Positions 51,930 through 64,000 of a stretch of DNA of 64,000 nt are shown here, piece by piece (position 1 is the stretch's first letter; each line of letters starts with the position of its first letter). The stretch comes from Sphyrna mokarran (Eukaryota). The position numbers were made by a program, and so were the translations under genes. The notes under the pieces were generated by a model, which saw nothing but the letters and a program-made list of their open reading frames with translations, made no database searches and was not told the DNA's origin. The stretch spans positions 34,968,001-35,032,000 of the forward strand of contig JAGIQG010000013.1 of the NCBI GenBank assembly GCA_024679065.1, written 5' to 3'.

Positions 51930-53478
51930 ATGTAATAACCACTGAGGAATCTCACTGCTCTCCATCATAGGAAAAACCCTCGTAAGAGTCCTGCTAAATC
52001 ATTTGCTCACTCATCTGGAGTTAGGCCTGCTTCCAGTCACAGTGTGACTTCCGCAAAGGTCATGAAACTACTGACATGATTTTTGCTGTGCACCAACTTC
52101 AGGAGAAGAGTCAGGAGCAGAATCGTGAGCTCTACACGACCTTTGTTGACCTTGCAAAAGCCTTCGACACTGTAAGCCGATAAGGCTTGTGGAGGATCAT
52201 GTCAAAGTTCGGCTGCCCCCCCAAATTCATTCAGGTGGTATGCCAGTTCTATGGTGGCATGAGGGCCAGAGTACTGGATGGCGGAGAATCCACTGAGGCA
52301 TTCCCAGTCACCAATGGTGTCAAACAGGGCTGTGTGCTCTCACCCACACTGTTCAGCATAATGTTTACTGCCACGCTGAATGATGCCTTCCAGGACAATG
52401 TTGCTGGAATCAGCCTCAAGTACAGAGTGGATAGGAAGCTCTTCAACCTGAGGAGACTTCAAGCTATTACCAAAGTGAAAGAGACTGTTCTGAGAGATTT
52501 CCTCTTTGCCGATGACTGCCTGTATGCTGGCTCAGAGATGCAAGTCAGTATGGACAAATTTTCCACAGCTTGTGACAACTTTGGACTCACCATCAACATT
52601 AAAAAGACCGAAATCATGCACCAGCCTGCTCCTCGTGCACTGTACACAGAACCCATAATCACAATCAAACAGCAGAAACTACAGGCAGTGGACCAGTTCA
52701 CTTATCTTGGCAGCACCCTCTCTCAAGCAGTGACTGCTGATACAGAAGTTAACTGCAGAATAGCAAAGGCAAGTTCTGCTTTCAGTAGACTGCACTTCAC
52801 TGTATGGGAACATTGAGGAGTCAGCCCAGCAGCAAAACTGAAGGTCTACAGTGCCACAATGCTCATTACCCTCCTATATGCCTGTGAAACATGGACTATA
52901 CATCAAGATATGCAAGACAACTCAAGCATTTCCATATGACTTGTCTTTGCAGAATATTAGGCATCAGGTGGCAAGACAAAATACCAGACACTGAAGTTCT
53001 CTCTAGAGCATGTCTACCAACAGTCCACACACTGCTGATGAGAGCACAGACCTGGTGGGCAGGTCACCACATATGTATGTCAGACAAGCGCATACCAAAG
53101 CAGCTCTTTTTTTGACGAACTCTCTGTTAGAAGACGTTCGCATGGAGGGCAGAAGATATGTTTCAAAGACATACCCAAGGCCTTCCTGAAGTCGCTTGAC
53201 ATTGACACGACCACCTGGGAAACGTTGGCACAAAACCTGGCACTGCCTCATCCACAAAGGATGTCAAGCTCACGAAGCAAGATGTATTCCTGAAGCACAA
53301 CTTAAACGCAAGTTGCGCAAGTCCAGAGCCACCAGCGCAACAACTACAGGTCCAATATGTGCCAGGCCATTCTGTGTCCGAACTGGCCTGATCAGTCATC
53401 TTCAGACAAACCGCAACCATCCTCAAAATGACTAATGGTGTCGAGGTCCTCATGAATGATGGACGAACAACAACATTG
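51930..53478 (+). mobile_element. RTE-clade LINE, 5'-truncated, disrupted
   Basis: FVDLAKAFDTV, GVKQGCVLSPTLF, KLFNLRRL, LFADDC, FTYLGS, C-terminal C..C..GLISH, CAA tail. Confidence 0.9.
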
Positions 53479-54052
53479 TACAGAAGGCATTTTTTTTTAG
53501 AAAGAAGATGGAGAGCTCTTTGGAATAAAGAAGGACTTGCACGAGTTGCACTGTTCACAACCACAGGCCGTCCCAAAAGCGCCCAGCCTATGAAATATTT
53601 CTTGAAATGGGGTTGATATTATAATGCCACTATATTGGGGTTTGATAAAATCGTACCAAGGGTCGGCAAAAACAGATTACACACGGGATTAAAGTCATTG
53701 CGCCCGTGGAGTATAAACACCAAGACAGATCGCCCCTTCAACCTCTCCCCAAACTCCCTCCAACACGCGTCAGTTGGGCCGAACGGCCTGCTTCCATGCT
53801 AGAACGAGTTCTTCCACGGCCATGCAGCATTCTACAATACATTATAAAATCTCTATAACATATCTGTCACCTGGACAATTAAAAACTTAATATGTTTATG
53901 AGCATTTTCTATAGCGATTGCTCTACATCCACAACGTTACAACAGTCTACTTGATGGAAAAGCAACACAGATCACATATCGGTCACATATTATATCCAGT
54001 TAATTATAATCATGCAGGTAACATCTACAGGTAACATTGAATAAAAACTTAC

Positions 54053-54140
54053 ATTGCTGCTCAATCTTGTTCGATTTAACTGCGGAACAATCGCACTTCT
54101 GACTCTACGACCTGCGGAACCAACTGAGACTGGGAGAGGT
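54053..54140 (-). other. Gene B putative first exon (5' UTR ending in AT of a split start codon)
   Basis: GCAGCAAT|gtaagt donor in a CpG-retaining region; splicing to 46399 gives GCA AT|G ATG CCA, an in-frame ATG; 5' end approximate. Confidence 0.55.
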
Positions 54141-54580
54141 GCTATCCGGAGTTGAGTGCAAGCGCCTATTGAAAAGCTGCTATATGCAGTCATCACTTGT
54201 TTCGAGGCAGAAGAATATTTTGCAGGTTACCAACCGAGTGTCTGTACTTCCCCTTAAACTGATAATCAGTTTAAAACCGGATATAATATTTCAGTGTGGA
54301 TATCGGCAGCTTTTAGTGCATTTCTAATCACATTGATATTTACAAGTCACAATTACTTGAATAATTAAGTATAGCGCCGGGACAGTTAATCATTAGATTG
54401 ACGCTAAGATTTGTGTGATAAATTACTGCACATATAAATATAACCGAATGAGTCCAAAACACGGCTTTAAGTGCATACTTAATGAATTTAAAGCACCCAA
54501 TATATATGTGAATGTGTGAAATTATATACTTTAAATATTCCTTTGGCCCGAGTAGGCACATGGGAAACTGCGTGGTTAGA

Positions 54581-54603
54581 GAAAGAGAATCGAAACTGAA
54601 ACC
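54581..54603. promoter_or_regulatory. ISRE/IRF element upstream of gene B
   Basis: GAAAGAGAATCGAAACTGAAACC contains the consensus GAAANNGAAAC (54592-54602). Confidence 0.55.
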
Positions 54604-54954
54604 GGATTGCTATTGCTGGAAATGGCCCCAATTTGCAGTGTTGTCAATATTTTCTGTTTTCCAACATTCTCAGTTTGAACTCTTGCTGAAATTAAAACAC
54701 TGACATATATGCATTAAAGGAGAATAATTAAAGTAGTTGCTGTATATTTCAGCTGCCAGCTACATCCGACCCCTTCCACGAAACCATGGGACCTCTACTC
54801 AACTTAATGTTATACATTCGAGAGCAAGCTGATGCGAATTTGGAGCTCCCAATACAGTAGATTTTCCAATACTTTCGCTAGTTCCTACCACATTCCGATC
54901 AAGAGGAATAGCAAGTAAAATAATTATTCAAAGGAGCAAACTGGAAGATGTTTT

Positions 54955-55218
54955 AGAAGTACAGAACGAAGCGATTGGCAACAATCCCACAGTAAACCCA
55001 CCTATTTACCCTGCTCGTCCCCCTGACATTAAGAGTCAATTGAGCTTGGCCAATCCACCTAATCTGTACATCTTTGGAGTGTGGGGGGAAACCGGAGCAC
55101 TGAAAGAAACTCATATAGATACGGGGAGAATGTGCAAACTCTACACAATCACCCAAGGCTGGAATTGAACCTGGGTCCCTGGCATTGTGAGGCAGCAGTG
55201 CTAACCACCCTGTTGCCC
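54955..55218 (-). mobile_element. HE1-type V-SINE
   Basis: Reverse-complement head and core. Confidence 0.85.
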
Positions 55219-55644
55219 AGTACAGTGTTTGCATTTTTATGGTGGCAATGTAATAGACAACAATGGCCAATGTCCTTTATGAGGTCATACTTCTGAGATA
55301 ACATTTTTTTAAGTAGATGATGTAAACATTACTAAGTGGTAAGTTTAGATTTCCAAAATGCATTTGACAAAAATCTTTGATTTATGTCTGAAGGATAAAA
55401 TGGCTGAGGGTAAAAAGAATGAACTCATTTGGGGTTTTATCTTTGGAGAGAAGTCTAGTTTTATGAGAAACAGCTCAAGGTTTCATTTCTCTAGAAACAA
55501 GCAAACAGAATGATTATTCTCTTGTGATGTAAGCTACAGCTAGTTGGAAAAGGAATACAAGTCCTTCATAATAGTGAAAGATATGGACAGAAACTGAAAG
55601 CAAACAACTATACCACAGAGTATTGTCTTTGAGCTCAAACAATG

Positions 55645-55884
55645 AAACTCCTTGGCCTTTTGGCTAAGATCAGTGTCATATAAAGTCCAAGATGGAGTGA
55701 AATGTCTTATCTTGTCAGATTGGATCTTGTTGGTCTCTCTTGCAGGGACCACCACCTGGATTCAATTGGATTTTGAATTTGATTTTTGAAGCAAGCAAGG
55801 CATGGACTTAGGTTTGTCCATTCCACTCTGAGCATTGGCTTTGTAACTTTAAGGATGGAGTAAACAAAAAAAGACAAAACTCCT
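55645..55884 (+). pseudogene. U2 snRNA-derived retroposed element (pseudogene or SINE-like)
   Basis: Exact U2 5' segment GGCCTTTTGGCTAAGATCA (55654-55672), Sm-site-like GATTTTTG (55781-55788), TCCACTC 3' remnant, A-rich tail, flanking AAACTCCT repeats. Confidence 0.7.
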
Positions 55885-56733
55885 GAATATTAGCTGAAGG
55901 CCAGAGATGGGACGTAAGCAAGTTGTAAAGTCAAAATGGGAAATAGCCTATGGTGTGTTACATGGAATATACAATACAGAAACTAGCCATCCATACCAAC
56001 TAGTACATGCAGGGCTTATGCTCCACTTTGACATCCTCACATCTTTACTCAGCCAATCCCACTATCTATTCATTTGTCCCTTATCTGCTGTCTATTTTTC
56101 TCTTAAACACATCTATCCTATTCACTTTAACCATTCCCTTTGGGAGTGAGTTCCCCGATGTTATCATTTTTAGGTGATATTGACATGCACTGCTATTCAA
56201 TCCTATTCAATATCAATACACAACAGCGAATCCCACAATTCTGAACAAACAGCTACACAAACAGAGCTGGGTTAGGTGCTAATCTGGAGTTGAGTGCAAA
56301 CGCCTATTGAAAAGCTGCTTTACAGCTAGTCACTTGTTTTGAGGCAGAAGGGAGTTTTACAGGTTAGATGTTTGGAATTCCCCTTAGACATAATTGACAG
56401 AAAATCTGGGTTTAAAGAAGGATACAATATTTCAGTGTGAAAATGGGCAACTTTTAGTACATTCCTAATCAAATAGATTTTACAAGTCCTAATTACTTGA
56501 ATACTTAAGTGTCGTGATGGAACAGTTAATCATTGGATTGATGCTAACATTTGTATGATAAATTACTTTACATATAAATATAACCAAATGCATCCAAAAC
56601 ACGACTTTAAATGCAGAATTTATTCAATGAATTTAGAACATCAATAATCAAACATATACATGTATATATGTGAAATTATTTACTTTAAATGTACTGTGAC
56701 TCAAGTGAGCAAGTGAGAAACCGTGCAGTTACA

Positions 56734-56754
56734 GAAAGTGAAACAAAAGTGAAA
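56734..56754. promoter_or_regulatory. Tandem IRF-E/ISRE in the duplicated promoter copy
   Basis: GAAAGTGAAAC-AAAAGTGAAA at the position homologous to the 54592 ISRE. Confidence 0.5.
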
Positions 56755-56827
56755 ATTATTTGATAATACTGTTAATGTCCTAAATCATGGAGAATTGCTA
56801 ACTATTTTAATTTCTGTTTTCCAACAG

Positions 56828-57118
56828 TTTATATCTTAGTGTCACAAGTAGGCTTACATTAACACTGGAATGAAGTTATTGTGAAAATCCCCTAGTCACC
56901 ATACTCCAGCACTTATTTGGGTACACTGAATGAGAATTTAGCATGGCCAATGTACCTAACCAACCCAATGCTCATACTGTGTGAGGAAACCAGAGCATCC
57001 ATAAGAAATCCATGCAGATTAGGGGAAAACACGCAAGTTTTGCACAGATAATGACCCAAGCTGGGAATTGAACCCAGGTTCCTGGCACTGTGAGGTAGCT
57101 GTGCTAACCATTGTACTA
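56828..57118 (-). mobile_element. HE1-type V-SINE (alternative tail)
   Basis: Reverse-complement head and core. Confidence 0.85.
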
Positions 57119-58789
57119 CTGGTATTGTGCTCTTGGTGCAACCAAAACACAAACCCATTAAAGGAAAATGGGTGCATTACAATATACAATGTACAATGCT
57201 GTACATTTCAGCTGTTAGCTGCATTAGGGTTAAGAAGTTTTCCTTGACAAGGTACTCTGTTTGGTATCCTTGATCACCACTATCACTGCCACCATTACCA
57301 GTCCACCATTTTTCTTTTCAACATCTTCACAATCATTAGCACATAAGTGTTAGCTCAAAATTGTCAGGTTGAAATTTAATGATGAAAATGGACAAGTCAC
57401 TGATTGAAGAGTAGAAAGTTCTAGGAATGTGTCAAGGTCAGGAAAAGTATTAACCAATCTCCCAATTAACAGCATGACCCAATCCATCACCACAACCAAC
57501 CTCAATACAACTACTGCAAGGATCTGATCCAATTACTCCCCGATCCCGTCAAATTAGTGCCCAAACCCAACTATCCCAAAATACTGTGGATGCAGAAAAT
57601 TTTGAATAAGAACAGGAAGTGCTGGATAAAGTCAGCAGATCTGACAGTGTAGATCTAAATGAACCATTGTCCCAGAGTTAAATGTTGGGGCCAAATCTCC
57701 AAGCCACCCAGACCTCGCCACTGTTCTAACTTACATTAATAAAGTTCAGTAGAAGCCGATATGTAGGAGGCACCAAGCTGGGAGTGTAAATTGAATCTGT
57801 GTGGACAGACTAGAAACTAGAAAATAAGATTTTACTGTCAGCAGAGATTCCTATGAGCTGATTTGTTTCTGGTAGAAAGTCGATTTTTCTGTTGATTGTC
57901 ACTTCATTCTTTGGTAAAAATGTTTCATTCACGGGTACATCCTGTGGAACTTCTTTAAAAGACTTGCATTCTCTGCATAAACCATCACTAATATTCTACA
58001 GAAGGATCATTTAGATTCACGCTACCAGATCTGATGAGTTTATCCAACAATTTCTTCATTCACTGTATTTTGAGATAGTTGGGTTAGGGCAGTAATTGGT
58101 TGGGGCGAGGAAGTAATGGGCTCAGGTTCTTGCAATACTTGGGTTGAAGGTACAGTAGAGGGTGGGTGGAAGATTGGTTGTGGTAGTGGATTGAGTTTTG
58201 CTGTTAAGTTAGACCAGAGATTAACTGACATGTAATAATCCTAGGGTAAATATCCACATAAATAACATGCATCTAGTGCAAGTTTCCAATCTGAAATCAA
58301 TGTAAAACATGGAGGGTCTGGGACAACGTGTATCAGCCCATTGGAAAGTTAAATTTCTTCGGTAATTATAGCACCTGTATGCACACAAAGACTTCTCCTT
58401 CAGTGTCCTGACATGTAATAAAAGTTAATTTTAGTGCATTGTAGCCTCTGATATCAGAAGAACTAACACATTTTTAAAACTAATGCAGTGAATTGTGGAA
58501 ACTCAATTTGCATTGAAAGAAATTTGTACTTACAAATCCATGGTCTTTTAGGCCTTTACCCTGACGTTGAATGAATTGTGCTGCAAAGACAAGTACAATA
58601 GAACAGACACTCCAGATCTTCAGATCAAACTGCATCTCTTTTTTGTAATAATTCTTTATTTTATGTCTAATTTTGTGAGTGTTTTTTTTATCCATTCAAG
58701 GGATGTGGGCATCATTAGATAGTCAGCATCTATACCAGGCCATCCCTATATGCCCTTGAGAAGGTGGTAGTGAGCCGCCTTCTTAAATC

Positions 58790-59337
58790 TGTTGGAGTGA
58801 AATCAAAGTTAAAGGATACAAAATGGTTACCTGGCACGAAATGGATTCTGGAAAAAGACAGTAGGAGGAACTGACTTTGGACACAGACAGTACACAGAGT
58901 TAAAATCTGTAGTGTTTAAATTACTGCAGGAAACAGGTCAGACCTTAAGGCGCTTTAAACTTGAGATAAAAGCAGACACAAAACAATGAGCTTGATAATG
59001 AGATCAGCCATTGAGGAGGGGACATAAATGCATAAATATATATAACAAGATCAGCTATTGTAGGGACATAAATGCATAAATGTATTTACTCTATGTATAA
59101 TGATATGCTAACTGTTGATGGCTGTACTTGACTACTCAACATTAACAATGTGCTAACGGCTAATGTCTATACTGTCCATTATCTAACAATGTATAAAAAA
59201 TACTCAACTATCATTGTGTAGTTGAGAAGGTGACTGTCTCTACTGTGGAGCACCAATGCTTCTCCCAAAGCTTTGTCCAAATAAAACCGTTTGTTGAACC
59301 ACCAAGTCTGGCTCCGAGGTGGTGACTTTCCCCAACA
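58790..59337 (+). mobile_element. 5' LTR of an LTR retroelement
   Basis: TGTTGG...CCAACA termini, internal tandem repeat, TATA-like box, AATAAA at ~59280. Confidence 0.8.
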
Positions 59338-59339
59338 AA

Positions 59340-59359
59340 TAGGTGTAGTCAGGCAGGAT
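59340..59359 (+). promoter_or_regulatory. Primer-binding site, tRNA-Ser-like
   Basis: TAGGTGTAGTCAGGCAGGAT vs TGGCGTAGTCGGCAGGAT (complement of the tRNA-Ser 3' end), immediately after the LTR. Confidence 0.7.
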
Positions 59360-59732
59360 CTCACTGCTGGTGAGTTTTGATCAGTTGGCCTCAATCACAA
59401 ATTGGAGTAGAGATTATTGAATCTGTGAGAGTCAGACTGAATCAACAATACAGTTTAAAAGGGGTAAAAATTGGGGGACATTATGGTATTGAAATAAGTA
59501 TTAATTGTTAATGGTATAGTAATAAGTATTGGCTGTTACTTGTGCTGATCAAACGCGCAACCTTAGACTGGTTGGTAAGAGGGGAAATCTCCCACGTAAA
59601 GGTTAGGATCCTGAAGTGGGCATAGAGGCACAAGGGCACTTAGGATCATGAAGCACAAGTGGCAAAGGCCATTTAACATCAAACTCTGTAGTGGTGAACA
59701 AACGCAGAGTTTGCCACCTGTTTGCATGGAAG

Positions 59733-60544
59733 TTTGTATAGTTGGATACTAGACTGTTAATGTTGTAAAAGTGGTGCGGGAAAGGAGCTGTTCAGTTCTG
59801 ACTTAGAGTCAGACTCTGGTGGAGAAAACATGTTGCTAGGAAGTAATCACGGCCAGGCGGTGGATAAAACACATTGCCAAGGAAGTAATCGTGGCCGGGG
59901 ATAGTGAAGCGAAGGAGGAAAAGGGTTAATGAATTTTGTATCTGGAGTGTAGCACAAAAAGTGGCTGTTCATCATAGTTGATCTTCCCAGACTTATATTG
60001 CTACTGGCATTAATGTAAATGTTTCACATAATTTAACTCATGTTTTTATAACAGCTGATAGTTAAATGTGACGGTTATTTGTAGACTTTGCATGCTTTAA
60101 CTCTTATTTTTGTAGCAACTGATAGTTAAATGTGACTATTATTTTGTAGACTTTGCGAACATTACCGCTCTGTATTAGTTAGATTTTGTTACACAGATGG
60201 TAGTTTACGATACTGGCTTTGAACAGGAAGAGTCCTACTGGGACAGCCGCGATCGTGCAAGTAACTTCAGAGAAGGAATGCCAATACCGCTGCAGAAGAA
60301 GCTTCTTATGCCCTGACTGCAGAACTGTAATTGCTGAGGAACTCTGAGCTGGAGGGTCTTGCAGGAATCAGAACTTTGAATCGTGATTCCTGCTGGAGTT
60401 CATAATATATAAATACTCACTTCTGTTTGTGTTCTCTGAGAAGTCTGGTAAGCCTTAATCGGAGCCAGTTTCTCCCCAAAGCTTTGGAATAAAAACCACT
60501 GTATTTTGACTCACTGTGTCAGAGGTATTATTTTACCTACAACA
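59733..60544 (+). mobile_element. Nested related solo LTR in the leader
   Basis: Ends CCTACAACA; shares TTCTCCC(C)AAAGCTTT-AATAAAA with the first LTR; possible GAAG(T) TSD; 5' boundary uncertain. Confidence 0.55.
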
Positions 60545-60556
60545 GAAGTCTATGAA

Positions 60557-62330
60557 ATGGCAGATAAAGAAACTAAGTGGGGACCTGCAGGATCTTCCAT
60601 TGAAAATTACATGACAGACAGAGATGCGTTAATTAAGAGGATGCAAAGGAATGGCTGGGATGTTTCTCAGACCTTAGAACAGCAGAGAAAGTGGATAAAT
60701 GGGAAAAAAAGAGACAAGATAAAGAAAACAGGAGCATTATTAGTACATCAATTAGCGGGACTAATTGAACAAGTTGTCGCTTCCACCAAAAAGTGGAGCG
60801 AAGATAAAGATAAGATTAGAAAGTCAGAATCCAGAGTAAGGGAACTGGAGAAACAGAAGCGAGTGTTGGGAGAGAATCAATGGGAAGGTGAAACTGTTCC
60901 TCTACCCTCTCATGAGTACACACAATAGGGACTAACTGCCCCTCTAGAGAAATGGGAAGCACTAGAACAAAACTGAGCACCAGTAACACGAGGGGGAACA
61001 GATATGCAGCCAACAGCAGACTATAAACCATTCACTCCAGGCGAAAGACAACAGATAATGGCTTCCGTGGGTAAACTGCAAACACTAAATTTTGGAAAGA
61101 ATTAGATACAGTATGGGTAGGACACCAACTGCACCTAAAGGATATACACTAACTGGTCAGGGCAGCATTACCAGCAGATAAATGGAGGCAGGTAGCTGGA
61201 GGACTGTCACTCCCCCATCACAACACTATAGTTGGAGGTTGTTGGGAACACATAGTCGCCCTACAGCAGAAATAGATGCCCAACAGGCACCCTTTGCCCA
61301 GTTTAAAAAAAGAAGTCCAGAGAGTTTTAGGAAATGCTCCTACTAACTGCAGCAGAATTACAACGTCCAAGTAGCTAAAGGGGGAAGGAGCTTCTGAATA
61401 CAGGGAATGGTTGTTCCAAGTATACTAAGAATGCTCAGGGCAAGGAAACCCAAGCAGTGGGGATCAAGCACTCATCCAGGCTTTCAAAGAAGTGCTCTCT
61501 AGTGCTCACCAAACCATCAAAAAAATGGGAGTGATCATGTCCCAGGAATATGAGGAACTAGCAGAATGGGTAGTGATGTATTGGGAAATGGGGAGGAGAA
61601 ATTCTAGACAAGAGTAAGACAAGAAAGAGTAGCTGTTTACAGTAGCAGGAGCAGAAATAAGTCCAAACAGACCTGTCACAATTGTGGCTGACAAGGGAAT
61701 GCTGGGTCCGAAGGAATGGAAACAAATTTGGAAGCAGTGAGAGACATTGTAATCTCTGTAATAAAAACGGACACACAGAAGTAATGTGTTGGGACAAGCA
61801 TGGAGACCCCTGATCTGATCCATGACCGCAGCAGAATCAGAGGAACTAAGGAACGTCCAAGGTCAGCAAGATTGATGGTCTGTAGCCTCTATTCATAAGG
61901 GTAAGAAGGAGGGAAGGATTTATGTGTCTGCACTAATAGGGGGCAGTCAATGTGCAATGCTGGTGGACACAAGAGCATCCATATTGTCACCAACCTTCAC
62001 TTACCCACTACAAGTAGGATGATTCATCTAACAGGGATAAGAGGGTACAAAACATGTGCCTTCTTGAGCGAGACCACATTAGTAGAAATAAATAATTTGT
62101 ATATGCTTATGAAATTCTGTGCGTAAAAATAATGAGGGTACAATTATGGGAAATGATTTAATGAAGAAGTATGAGGTTTTGATTGATTGTGGGAAGAGAA
62201 CATTAATCTGGCCAAAGAGAGACAGTTGGAAAATTAGAATATGAAAATTCACAAGTCACCTTGAAACTATCAAAGTGGCCATAGCCACCACGAGAGATTG
62301 GAGATTAGAAACAGAGGGGTTTGGAATCAT
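60557..62330 (+). mobile_element. Degenerate gag and protease of an ERV/Gypsy-like element, 3' truncated
   Basis: MADKETKW... coiled-coil gag, YKPFTPGER capsid-like motif, CAMLVDTRAS (mutated DTG active site at ~61965); many stops. Confidence 0.7.
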
Positions 62331-63634
62331 CTGTGCCACTGTCCCTGGAGTATGGGCTGTGACAGGATTCTGACCCAATGACAGTGAAGGACATGGTTCC
62401 AAGTCAGGATGGTGAGTGACTTGGTGGGGAAATGGTGTTCCCATGTATTTGTTGTGCTATTCCATCCAGATGGTAGTGGTTGTGGGTTTGGAAGGTGTTG
62501 GAAGACAACTTAGTTTTGTCACTTGCTGATATATTTCCTTGAAATCTGTTCCCTTTAGTTAGAAATTACCTTCCTTTTTGTCTAATTGTTGTTTCATTTG
62601 TGATCATTGGCTGGTGAGTTATGAACTATGGATGAACAAGCTTCGTATTGAGAAATATTCTGTCCTTGTCTTATATCTAGACCCATTTTCAGCAGGAATG
62701 AGTGAGTAGTAAATGGGAGTGAAAATGAAGTCCTAAGATCAACTATTGTCTTTCTAACTGTTATAATTTGAAGTGCATCCAAGACACACCAATACCTTAG
62801 AAAGTTCCATTCCACGCACAAGACTGCCTTCAATTAATTCATTAATTATTAGAGTATTCTGTTATTGGCATGCAAATTGTAGTGTGATCTCCATTTAATC
62901 TTTTATGAACAACTTCCCAGGTATAAGAAAAATACAACAAATATTTTAATTCGGCTGTAACTTTATTAACATTATTGATAAATATGATTGTATGAACAAG
63001 TAACATTAAAAATAATTTCAAACATAACATTTATTCATGATTATTACAACACACAAGTTTAATTACTGCCAACCAAATGACTTTTATCCACAATTATTAA
63101 TATGTAATGTAACTAAATTGGTAATAAATGGATGTCTATTAATTTGTTTACTAGTTTTTTTCCTAAGTATGAAGCATTTAAGAATCATTTTAATATTCAC
63201 GTTGTATAAAATCAAAAGTACTGATTTCTTTGGTGATCATGTTGTAAAAAAGAGCATTAACAGAGATATAACAGCTTGGAAACAACTCTCCTCATTCTGG
63301 GAATGCTCTGGTGAAGACAATCATGCAAGGTTGATTCCAGTGACTGCAGGATAAATAAGTTAGCTGGGTAACTTTGACTGCTGAGCCATTATTTCAATAC
63401 GTATGTAGAGTTAAGATTAACTTCTCTGTTCCTGAAGGTCCAAATAATATTTTTTTGTTAATTGATCATATTAAATTTTCAGTGTAAGTACCATGTTAAT
63501 AACTTTGATTTGACTTGTTATGAGAATCATTAATGTTGTAAAACATCTCAAGCTGCTTAACAAAAAGAAAAAAGCTGGAGATCAATGGATGTTTGAGCCT
63601 GAAGAGAATCAGGGATTTAATTAAAGGATATGGA

Positions 63635-63694
63635 TGTGTGGGGGTATGTGTGCATGCGTCTGTGTGCGTGTGCGTGTGCATGTGCGTGTGTGTG
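63635..63694. repeat. (GT)n-type microsatellite
   Basis: GTGTGCGTGTG-type repeats. Confidence 0.85.
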
Positions 63695-64000
63695 GAAGTG
63701 AGATAGAAATTCAGCCATGATTTTCGTGAATGGTGGAGCAGAATTGATGGGGCATTAAGGCCTACTGCTACATTTATTTCTTATGTTTTTCTTATTTAGA
63801 GGGAAGAAGGGAAAATACATTGACAATTGTATTTTCAATTGGAGGACAGTTCCAAGTATACTAAGTTACTGAGGGCTTTAATTGGCTAAAATCTATTTGG
63901 ATGAGTGGAGGATAGGGGCATTGTTGAAAAGGTGCAGAACAAGAGATTCTGGCTGTCTTAAAGCTACCTCAATGACAGGGGACTGAATTTTCACTGAGGC

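Larger units (their letters stand above)
54029..54765. repeat. Diverged direct repeat copy 1 (gene B exon 1/promoter)
   Basis: Aligns to 56171-57225, e.g. GGAGTTGAGTGCAA(G/A)CGCCTATTGAAAAGCTGC in both copies. Confidence 0.85.
56171..57225. repeat. Diverged direct repeat copy 2, interrupted by a SINE
   Basis: Collinear with 54029-54765; SINE inserted after the shared TTTCTGTTTTCCAACA. Confidence 0.85.

Noticed and set aside
1-64000. CRISPR arrays, rRNA or intact tRNA genes, prokaryotic systems
   Set aside because: None seen; the DNA is eukaryotic and the tRNA-like boxes are SINE heads

Overview
Vertebrate genomic DNA, most likely a shark or other elasmobranch, judged from the HE1-type V-SINEs, CR1/HER1-type LINEs and Penelope-derived palindromes. 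Most of the window is transposon debris: CR1, RTE, Rex1/Babar, Harbinger, Gypsy, and an LTR retroelement with a tRNA-Ser PBS. Two spliced Ig-superfamily genes lie in tandem on the minus strand, reconstructed here from splice sites and phases. Gene A (18376 to <=4000) is a non-rearranging antigen-receptor-like gene: leader, germline-joined VJ exon, C1 exon, then either a short secretory exon (GTN*) or a TM exon (6510-6406) and a cytoplasmic exon (4070-4000). Its V domain is vNAR-short and carries CD28/CTLA-4-like B7-contact signatures (E-x-R; P-x-P-aromatic in the same register as MYPPPY). Gene B (54054 to 34216) is a B7/butyrophilin-type V-C gene with no detectable TM exon, an ISRE-bearing promoter and a tandem duplicate of that promoter. 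Together they are a candidate linked receptor-ligand (or receptor-decoy) module. Other notable items: a U2-snRNA-derived retroposon, a CR1 family that ends in a captured V-SINE, a locally templated inverted duplication and a long hairpin. Repeat boundaries are approximate, and no database searches were possible.
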